Assembly: GCA_963727485.1 (NCBI GenBank)
Contig: CAVSGM010000008.1
Location: forward strand, 1 to 13,822
Length of the DNA: 13,822 nucleotides
DNA from: an uncultured delta proteobacterium
Lineage (GTDB): Bacteria; Myxococcota; Myxococcia; SLRQ01
Direction: 5' to 3'
A model generated the notes under the pieces. It worked only from the letters and a program-made list of their open reading frames with translations, made no database searches and was not told the DNA's origin. A program made the position numbers and the translations under genes. Below are positions 1-6,966 of the stretch, one piece after another. Positions within the stretch are counted from its first letter, which is position 1, and every line of letters begins with the position of its first letter.

Positions 1-23
1 GTGAGCGGGGCCTCGCGCCCGGC

Positions 24-606
24 CTAGAACTCCGGCGACAGCATGCAGTGGTCCTGCCGGCGGAGGCGCCAGTCCGGGTGCTCCTCCGCGAGGACCGCGC
101 CGGTCGCGACGTCCGTGGCCACCACGTCGCCGTGGAGATCCAGGGTGTCGGCGTCGTAGAGGATCGCGGCGACGCGAACCTCGGTGTGGATGGCGAGGCT
201 GGGATCGGCCGACGGGTGACCTGCACGCCACCCTTCCGCGGCCTTGTCCGCGAACAGGGGGCTCATCTGCCAGGAAAGCGTCGTGGTGCCAGCGCCGGAC
301 CCGGCGGAAACGTCGGCGCTCGCGACGTAGGCCTCTGCCTCCAGGCTCTCGGCGGCGCCCACGTAGGCCACCCGGCTCCCCTGCCGGGTCCAGAAGAGGT
401 GGCAGTGGGCGCGCGTGCTGGCCGCGGCGAAGTGGAACTCCCATCCGTCGGCCGTCCACACGCGGTGGTCACCCTCCTAGCCGATTGCGACCCCGAGGAC
501 CGCCCCCGTTGTCCGCGGGCGACGCCCGCCAGAAGCCGTCGACGCCGGTGGGGCCGGCGCCGCAGGAGGCAACGGCCAGGAGCAGGGCGAGCGCCAGCCT
601 GGGCAT
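24..606 (-). pseudogene. Small lipoprotein of unknown function, disrupted by a +1 frameshift (and, in one reconstruction, an in-frame TAG); pseudogene or assembly error
   Basis: ATG at 606 reads MPRLALALLLAVASC-GAGPTGVDGFW, a basic N-terminus, hydrophobic core and lipobox VASC. That frame stops at TGA near 469-471. The ORF-track frame 461..24 (VWTADGWEFHF...MLSPEF) is one base out of phase and lacks a signal peptide. Removing one base joins them into a ~193-codon gene. Confidence 0.6.
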
Positions 607-765
607 GCCCCGTCTCGCGGCGTCCTCGGCCTCAAGTCAGCCACCTAATCCGACCCCCTCAAGCCCACGGTACCAACCGCGGACCGGGAATCGCAAACGC
701 CGCCGCCCGGCGCCGGCGGCCCACCAGGGGCCCGTTCCCGGTCCGGCCTCGAGCCGGAGCCCACG

Positions 766-801
766 TTGCCCGGGCGTGCACGGACCCCGTAGGATGCATC
801 C
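766..801 (+). promoter_or_regulatory. Putative sigma70-type promoter for a leaderless transcript of the lyase gene
   Basis: TTGCCC (766-771), 18-nt spacer, TAGGAT (790-795), then 6 nt to ATG 802. No strong Shine-Dalgarno, although the AGGA inside the hexamer could act as a weak one. Confidence 0.45.
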
Positions 802-3800
802 ATGCGTCGGTCGTCAGGAGGTCGAGCGGCCGGGCTCCCTGCCCACGGGCGCATCGGGCTCGGACCGCTCGGCTGCCTCCGCCACTGGCCCTGGCTTTCG
901 CTCTTGCTCTGCGCGGCCTGCACCGGCACGCCCGCCACCCCGGGCGGGCATCCGGCCCCCGTCCCCGGGCCAACCCTGACCCCAATCCCAATCCCGGCCC
1001 CGCCCCCCGCGCCGGGCCCTGGCCCTGGCCCCACCTACACGGTGCGCACCGGGGTCCATCCCCGGGTGCTCGTCGACGCCGACCGCGTGGCCATCCTGAA
1101 GGCCGCCGCCGTCCGGCCGGTGCCCCTCGAGGGCACGGCCTTTCCCCAGGACGCCGGCACCCTCGCCTTCGACCTCAATCCGGCCCTGCGCACCGACCCC
1201 ACCCAGGCCGTGGACCTGGGCCTCTTCGACGACTGGGCTTCCACCCGCGACCACCTGTTCATCCGCCACAGCGACGAGCTGGTGGGCGCCACCGGCAAGA
1301 CCTACTGCGGCACCGACCCCACGGTGACGCCGTGCTTCCAGGTGGCCCTCCAGGCGATCGCGCCCAGCCCGTACGTCGCCGGCACCTCGTTCGCGCTGAC
1401 CGCCGGCCAGTGGCACACCCTGCGCCTGTCCTGGGACACCGCGGCCCACAGCGCCACCCTCACCATCGATGGCGGGACGCCGCGGGATCTGCACTGGGCG
1501 AAGGACGCCGCCGGCGCCCCGGTCGACTGGCATCCCGACGGGCAGCGCTTCACCCTGCGCGGCCGGGACCGCGTCGACAACCTCGAGCTCTACGACGGGG
1601 CCAATCCGGCCACCGCCCACCTGGTGGCGAGCTACCCGATGAACGCCGGCTCGGGCACGGTGGTCTCCGACGCCTCGGGCCACGGCTACGACGGGCTCAT
1701 CGGCTTCGGGGTCCGGTGGGCCGAGCGGACGCCCGGGGACCCCAGCGACCAGGTGCTGGTGATGGACGGGCGCACGGGGATGCTCCGGGTGGTGGCCGGG
1801 GCGGCGCTCACCGAGGCCTGGGAGGACTTCCTCGACGCCGCCAACCTCGTCGTGCAGGCCTTGAGCACCGGGCAGCTCCAGGTCGACGTGTCCTCGGATC
1901 ACCCCAACGCCATCGAGAACCAGGCACGGCTCCTCGGCCTCGCCTACCTGGTCACCGGTGACCCCCGGTTCGTGAGTGCGGCCAAGACCTACGCCGAGAT
2001 GCTCCTCGCCGTCCCGCCCGACGCCGGCGGAGACTACACGGAAGCAGGTCGTGTCGAAGCGATGGGCCTGCTCTACGACTGGTTCTTCGAGGCCATGGGC
2101 GCCACCGACGCCGCCGCCGGTGTCTCCTACCGCGACGCCCTGGCGGCGGGGATCGCCGCGACCATCCGGGTGGAGCAGACCTTCGTCTGTGGCCCGTCGA
2201 ACCCCCTGACCGCCGACTGGCACTGCACCGAGGCGGCGCACCCCGACGTGGTGGGCGGACACTCCCACCAGAACAACACCGAGATCACCGCGGGGCTCCT
2301 CGCCATCATCGACGAGCACCCGGAGCTGAAGCCGGTGCTCGACACCGAGTACCGGAACTTCGTCGACGGCTACAACCCCGCCCGGGCCTGGATCTCGGTG
2401 GACGGCGGGCACCACATGGGCTTCGCCTACGGCTCCACCTACACCTTCATCGACTCCATCCAGATGTGGGACGTGGCCACCACCGACGTGTCGATGCTGG
2501 CCCCTTGGCAGGGGAAGCTCGTCGACCGTTACATCTGGGGGCTCCGCGGCGACGACACCTATCCGCACAGCGGAGACGCCTTCAAGGTCACCGCCCAGAG
2601 CGGGGAGGTGGTCGCCTTTGCCCTCTTCGCCGCCGACCACTTCGGCAGCACCCGGGCGGCGCGGTTCTACGACCGCTGGATGCTGCCCTCCCTGACCGGT
2701 GACCGCTTCTCCGAGCTCCTCTACCTCGAGCCCAACCAGCCGGCGACCCCGCTCTCGGACCTCCCGGAGAGCCACCTGTTCCGCCACGCCGGCCAGGTAC
2801 TCATGCGCGATGGCTGGGACTACCCGAGCGCCACCCTGCTCTCCTTCAAGTCCACCTCGTTCTGGAGCATCAACCACCACCACCTGGACCAGAACGCCTT
2901 CACCCTCTTCTACCAGGCGCCGCTCCTGTTGGACTCGGGGCACTACGACAAGTACGGCACCGTCCACTGGCACAACTACTACACGCGCACCATCGCCCAC
3001 GACACGGTCACGGTCTTCGACCCCCAGGAGAGCTTCGTGCGGCACCTGAAGTCGGGCCAGGCCTGCTGCAGCAACGACGGGGGCCAGAAGTTCATGGCGA
3101 AGGCCAACCCCCAGCTGGCCGACATCGAGCCCGGGGGCTCGAACCACCTCGACGGGGTCACCGCCTTCGAGGATCACCCGGCGATCACCTTCGTGGAGGG
3201 AAACGCCAGCAAGGCCTACGCCGCCAGCAAGCTCGACCAGGCGCACGGCTTCATCCGCGACCTGGTCTTCCTCCGGCACCTGGACTTCTGGCCCCACCCG
3301 GTGGTGGTGGTCTTCGACAAGGTGGTCTCGGCGCCGGGGGCCGAGGGGCTGGTGAAGCGCTTCCTCCTCCACACCGCGAACGAGCCCGAGCCGGTGGGGG
3401 GAACACAGGTCCGCCCGGGGCACTACCGGGTGAGCGGCCACGCCCTCACCGTGCGCCACGGCGCCGGCGCGGTCTTCGTGGCGAGCCTGCTCCCCAAGGA
3501 CGCGGTGATCACCAAGGTCGGAGGGAAGACGGCGGCCGGCGACTACCGCTTCCTGGTGCCCGTGGCCGACGCCACCGGCACCTACCACGACCAGAACTTC
3601 CCCCCGATCCCCGACCCCGGCGCCGCCGACCCCGACGAGGGCGCCTGGCGCGTGGAGATCCGGCCGGCCACCCCCACGGCGCGGACCTACTTCCTGGAGG
3701 CGATGGCGGTGGCCGACAACCAGCCCTCGGTCACGCCGCCAAAGATGGTGGACCTGCCCGCAGCAGGGGCCGCGGTGGCGCTTCTGGGCGGCAAGGAGGC

Positions 3801-4401
3801 GGTGGCCTTCAACGAGGGTGACACGCCGGCGACGCGGCTCGCCTGGGGGAGCCCGGTGGCGCGGGAGCGGGTGGTGGCGGTGGGCCTGGTGCCCGGGGGG
3901 CGCTACGCCGGGGACGTGGTCGCGGATCCCGGGGGCGTCCAGCCGTATCGGGTGATTCTCCAGCAGACGCCCGCGGGGCCGCTGCTGGCCTCGGCGAAGG
4001 GACTCCTCGTCGCCAGCGACGGGCTGCCCGTGGGGCTCGATCTCTCGCTCACCGGCTCGGGGGTGCCGGGGTCGGTGGCCCTCCGGAGCACCGTGACCTG
4101 GGTGCTGGTGGCACGCAACCGCGGGCTGGCAACCGCGACCGGGGTGTCGGTGAGGGCAGAGCTGGGCCCGGGGCTGTCGCTCCAGGGCGCGACCGCCAGC
4201 CAGGGGCAGTGCCAGGGCGCCCCGGTGGTCACCTGCGCGCTGGGGTCGCTGGCCGCCGGGGGCTCGGCGACGGTGCGGCTCTCGGTGGCGGCCACGGCAC
4301 CCGGGGGGCGGGCGCTGACCGCCGCGGTCTCCGGGGACCAGGCCGATCCCGACGCCGGCAACGACCGGGCCACGGTGACCCTGGTGACGGGCGTGCCCTG
4401 A
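802..4401 (+). CDS. Lipoprotein with heparinase II/III-like polysaccharide lyase domain (HepII/PL21-like), inserted LamG/ConA-like domain and C-terminal DUF11 domain
   Basis: 1199 aa with GC3-rich codons. Signal ends LLLCAA-C40, followed by a Pro-rich linker. Lyase motifs HPRVL, GHSHQN, HHMGFAY, NHHHLDQNAFTLFYQAPLLLDSG, YYTRTIAHDTVTVFDP, NDGGQK and GAWRVEI resemble heparinase II as recalled. LamG-like motifs GQWHTLRLSWD and LVASYPMNAGSGTVVSDASG. DUF11-like C-terminus DLSLT...RNRG...TCALGSLAAGGSATV...DPDAGND. Confidence 0.85.
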   Translation: MRRSSGGRAAGLPAHGRIGLGPLGCLRHWPWLSLLLCAACTGTPATPGGHPAPVPGPTLTPIPIPAPPPAPGPGPGPTYTVRTGVHPRVLVDADRVAILKAAAVRPVPLEGTAFPQDAGTLAFDLNPALRTDPTQAVDLGLFDDWASTRDHLFIRHSDELVGATGKTYCGTDPTVTPCFQVALQAIAPSPYVAGTSFALTAGQWHTLRLSWDTAAHSATLTIDGGTPRDLHWAKDAAGAPVDWHPDGQRFTLRGRDRVDNLELYDGANPATAHLVASYPMNAGSGTVVSDASGHGYDGLIGFGVRWAERTPGDPSDQVLVMDGRTGMLRVVAGAALTEAWEDFLDAANLVVQALSTGQLQVDVSSDHPNAIENQARLLGLAYLVTGDPRFVSAAKTYAEMLLAVPPDAGGDYTEAGRVEAMGLLYDWFFEAMGATDAAAGVSYRDALAAGIAATIRVEQTFVCGPSNPLTADWHCTEAAHPDVVGGHSHQNNTEITAGLLAIIDEHPELKPVLDTEYRNFVDGYNPARAWISVDGGHHMGFAYGSTYTFIDSIQMWDVATTDVSMLAPWQGKLVDRYIWGLRGDDTYPHSGDAFKVTAQSGEVVAFALFAADHFGSTRAARFYDRWMLPSLTGDRFSELLYLEPNQPATPLSDLPESHLFRHAGQVLMRDGWDYPSATLLSFKSTSFWSINHHHLDQNAFTLFYQAPLLLDSGHYDKYGTVHWHNYYTRTIAHDTVTVFDPQESFVRHLKSGQACCSNDGGQKFMAKANPQLADIEPGGSNHLDGVTAFEDHPAITFVEGNASKAYAASKLDQAHGFIRDLVFLRHLDFWPHPVVVVFDKVVSAPGAEGLVKRFLLHTANEPEPVGGTQVRPGHYRVSGHALTVRHGAGAVFVASLLPKDAVITKVGGKTAAGDYRFLVPVADATGTYHDQNFPPIPDPGAADPDEGAWRVEIRPATPTARTYFLEAMAVADNQPSVTPPKMVDLPAAGAAVALLGGKEAVAFNEGDTPATRLAWGSPVARERVVAVGLVPGGRYAGDVVADPGGVQPYRVILQQTPAGPLLASAKGLLVASDGLPVGLDLSLTGSGVPGSVALRSTVTWVLVARNRGLATATGVSVRAELGPGLSLQGATASQGQCQGAPVVTCALGSLAAGGSATVRLSVAATAPGGRALTAAVSGDQADPDAGNDRATVTLVTGVP
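974..1032 (+). repeat. Short hexamer tandem repeats encoding the Pro-rich linker (PIPIP, PGPGPGP)
   Basis: CCAATC x2 and GGCCCT-GGCCCT-GGCCCC, in frame within the lipoprotein tether. Confidence 0.5.
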
Positions 4402-4416
4402 GCCGACCCGGACGGG

Positions 4417-5475
4417 TCACCGCCGCGGCAGGACCTTCAGCTCCTCGAGGAGGTCGAGGACCGCCCCGAAGGCCACCTCGCGCCCGGTCTGCATCAGGTG
4501 CGAGCCTGGGAAGAGCACCACCTCCCGGGCGTCGAAGTGGCCCTTGAGGCGCTCGGCGTGCTCGCCGGGGATCACCCGGTCGCGCTTCCCGGCGATCACC
4601 AGCACCCGGTCGGGATCGACCTTCGGCGCCCGCTCGGTGGGCGCGGTGGCGGCGAAGGCGTCGACGAAGCGGTCCTTGGTGAGCCCCTGGCGCTCGGCGT
4701 CGCGGCGCGCCTCGGTGCCGTCGCCGTTGTGCCACATCAGCCCCGCGAGCGACGCCACCGGGATCATCGGGATCGCGTAGGCGAGGTCCGGGATCACCGT
4801 CGCCGCCAGCGAGGTGGTGAACCCCCCGAGGCTCATGCCCATGATCCCCACCGACGGCGCGCCGCGATCCTTCAACAGCTGCACCAACCCGCGAAGATCG
4901 CCGATGGCCTGGGCGAGGCCCTCGTTGGTGCGCACCGGGTTCGTCGAGGGGAACGCCGGCATCGCCAGGCCCCCGGCCCCGCGCCGGGCGTGGAACGGGA
5001 GGGTGAACAGGAGCACGTCGAGGCCCCGGCGGTAGAGCCACTCGGCGCGAAACGCGCGCTCCTCGAGGCCAAAGCGCCCGGCGCCCCACCCGTGGATGGT
5101 GATGATCGCCGGCGCCGGCGTGCGGTGCTTGAGCCACCTCGCGTGGGCGGTGCGGGTCTGGGGCACCGCGTCGAGGATCCGCCCGTAGTCCGGGTGCAGG
5201 GGCTTCCAGGCGCTCGGCCAGGCGAGGTCGACGACCTGGCCGCCCTCGAGGTCGCGGACCGGGGTGGTCGAGGGCCAGGGCGTGTCGACCTCGGGGAAGA
5301 GCCGGCCCTCGGTGTCCGCGGCGCGGTAGAGCTCGCCGAGGCGGTCGAGCTTCTCCACGGTGACCTGGTCCAGGGCCCGGCGGACGGCCCGGGGGCTCTT
5401 GAAGGTGGCGGCGACGAAGAGCTGGTCGAGGGCCGCGCCGGCGAGGAGCAGGGGCTTTCGGGGACGCCAGGGCAT
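4417..5475 (-). CDS. Alpha/beta-fold serine hydrolase (ABHD18/DUF2048-like esterase)
   Basis: IITIHGW oxyanion-loop motif, GMSLGG nucleophile elbow, GKRDRVI (Asp) and FPGSHL (His). Start placed at ATG 5475 (MPWRPRK, 352 aa); GTG 5529 is the alternative. Confidence 0.85.
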   Translation of the reverse strand: MPWRPRKPLLLAGAALDQLFVAATFKSPRAVRRALDQVTVEKLDRLGELYRAADTEGRLFPEVDTPWPSTTPVRDLEGGQVVDLAWPSAWKPLHPDYGRILDAVPQTRTAHARWLKHRTPAPAIITIHGWGAGRFGLEERAFRAEWLYRRGLDVLLFTLPFHARRGAGGLAMPAFPSTNPVRTNEGLAQAIGDLRGLVQLLKDRGAPSVGIMGMSLGGFTTSLAATVIPDLAYAIPMIPVASLAGLMWHNGDGTEARRDAERQGLTKDRFVDAFAATAPTERAPKVDPDRVLVIAGKRDRVIPGEHAERLKGHFDAREVVLFPGSHLMQTGREVAFGAVLDLLEELKVLPRR

Positions 5476-5488
5476 CTCGACCAGGATA
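5476..5488 (-). promoter_or_regulatory. Putative -10 element for a leaderless hydrolase transcript
   Basis: TATCCT (5488-5483) lies 7 nt before ATG 5475. No SD and no convincing -35. Confidence 0.35.
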
Positions 5489-5684
5489 CGCCGAGGCACC
5501 GGCCCGTGCCATCGCGCGACGCGCGGCACCCGGTCCCGGGTCTTGGCGTAGGGGTCCTATGGAGGCGCCGCTTGCTGGCAGCAGGGCGCCCTATCCGGTA
5601 GCGTCTCCTCGGCAGTGGTCGCGAGACACCCCGGGGGTGGGGTGCTCACTGCCTAGGTGCACCTACACCCGTTGGGGAGGACCA

Positions 5685-6926
5685 ATGAAGCTTTCATCCG
5701 CAGGACACGTGCGTGCGCGTCTGAGGCAGGTGGCCCGGCTCGGCGCCACGATTCTGATCGGCGCCTGGAGCACCGGTTGCGGGCCCGGTGGCCCCGGCAC
5801 TCCGTCGGGCCCCCAGCTCATCGACGCCAACATCGACACCGACACCACGCTCACCGACCTCCGCCCGGGGACCGTCCCGGACTACGAGGTCTCCGGCTGC
5901 CTCGCCGTCAGCGCCAACCTGGTGGTGGATCCGGGGGTGGTCATCGAGTTCCAGCGGGATGGTTGCCTCATCGTCGGCAACGCCACCGGCCAGGGGTCGC
6001 TCTCCGCGGTCGGGAGCGCCGCCGCGCCCATCGTCTTCCGCGGCAAGACGCAGAGCGCCGGGTTCTGGAAGGGCATCGCCTTCGGCTCCGCGTCGACCGC
6101 GAACGAGCTGAACCGGGTGACGGTGGCGGACGCCGGGAGTGGCTCCATGGGCGTCGGCTACGAGGACCCGGCCAGCGTGCGCATCAGCTTCAGCGGCCGC
6201 CTCAAGATCGCCAACGCCACCTTCACGGACGGCGCGGCCGCCGGCATCCAGGTGACCACCCTGGCCGGCGAGTCCCCGCAGATCCCCGCCTTCTCGGGAA
6301 ACACGTTTGAGGGCAACGCCGGCGCCGCCATGGTGTTGCCGGCCGCGATGCTCGGCGTCCCCGACGGCGCGTCCACCTTCGCGGGCAACACCGCGGCCCC
6401 GTATGTGAGCATCGTTGGCGGGCCGGTGGGTGACGACCTCACGATCCACGCCCTGGACGTGCCCTACCAGGTGACCGGGGACGTCGGCATCTCGGGCAAC
6501 GTGGTGGTGGAGGCCGGCGCCCAGCTCGCGATGGCGCGCGACTCGGCGATCCACATCGGCAACCCCGTGGGGGATGGCTCCTTCCACGCGGTGGGCACCG
6601 CCGCGGCCCCCATCGTGATCACCGGCGTGGTGGAGACCGCGGGCTCCTGGCGGGGGATCAACTTCGCCACCGCCTCCACCGCCAACGAGCTGGGCTTCGC
6701 CGAGATCGCCTACGGCGGCGGGCCCACCGTCCTGAGCGACGGCTCGGAGCCCACCAACATCGGCGTGGACTCGGGCAGCCGCCTGGTGATGAACAGCAGC
6801 ACCGTCCGCGACAGCGCGGGCTGGGGCGTGTTCCTGCATCCGGCCAACCCCGGTGACACCAAGGGCGCCCTGCAGGAAGCGGGAAACACCTACTCCGGCA
6901 ACGCCACCGGCGACGTCAGCCCCTGA
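5685..6926 (+). CDS. Probable lipoprotein with right-handed beta-helix/pectin-lyase-like repeats, built from two ~194-aa units
   Basis: GGGAGG SD before ATG 5685. Signal MKLSS...ATILIGAWSTG-C with an imperfect lipobox. Duplicated motif AVG(S/T)AAAPIVxxG...AGxWxGIxFxxASTANEL at a 582-nt offset. Gly/Asn/Thr-rich. 413 aa. Confidence 0.75.
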   Translation: MKLSSAGHVRARLRQVARLGATILIGAWSTGCGPGGPGTPSGPQLIDANIDTDTTLTDLRPGTVPDYEVSGCLAVSANLVVDPGVVIEFQRDGCLIVGNATGQGSLSAVGSAAAPIVFRGKTQSAGFWKGIAFGSASTANELNRVTVADAGSGSMGVGYEDPASVRISFSGRLKIANATFTDGAAAGIQVTTLAGESPQIPAFSGNTFEGNAGAAMVLPAAMLGVPDGASTFAGNTAAPYVSIVGGPVGDDLTIHALDVPYQVTGDVGISGNVVVEAGAQLAMARDSAIHIGNPVGDGSFHAVGTAAAPIVITGVVETAGSWRGINFATASTANELGFAEIAYGGGPTVLSDGSEPTNIGVDSGSRLVMNSSTVRDSAGWGVFLHPANPGDTKGALQEAGNTYSGNATGDVSP

Positions 6927-6930
6927 GCAC

Positions 6931-6966
6931 GCTGACCGCCCCGGGCCTCAGGCCCGGGGCTTCAGC
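6931..6966. terminator. GC-rich hairpin between convergent genes, possible bidirectional terminator or pause site
   Basis: Perfect inverted repeat GCCCCGGGCC (6938-6947) / GGCCCGGGGC (6951-6960) with a 3-nt loop, extended by GCTGA/TCAGC. No U-tract. Confidence 0.5.

Noticed and set aside
477..479. Pyrrolysine or stop-codon reassignment at the in-frame TAG
   Set aside because: TAG is a normal stop for HU, the V4R-like gene and this same gene, there are no pyl genes in the window, and an alternative single-indel reconstruction avoids the TAG.
685..775. Resemblance to c-di-GMP-I (GCAAAC...CCGGCCT) or cobalamin (GGGAA) riboswitches
   Set aside because: Only isolated words match. The GNRA tetraloop/receptor and B12-box elements are not present in the right order.
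48..1961. 637-aa + strand ORF overlapping the lyase start
   Set aside because: Arg/Pro/Gly-rich off-frame shadow ORF typical of high-GC DNA; overlaps better-supported genes and has no motifs.
814..3588. 924-aa antisense ORF, and similar antisense ORFs at 4498-5601, 5694-6839, 7056-8393, 8865-10073 and 12869-13774
   Set aside because: Mirror frames of real genes. Strong GC3 bias removes antisense stop codons, and there is no domain signal.
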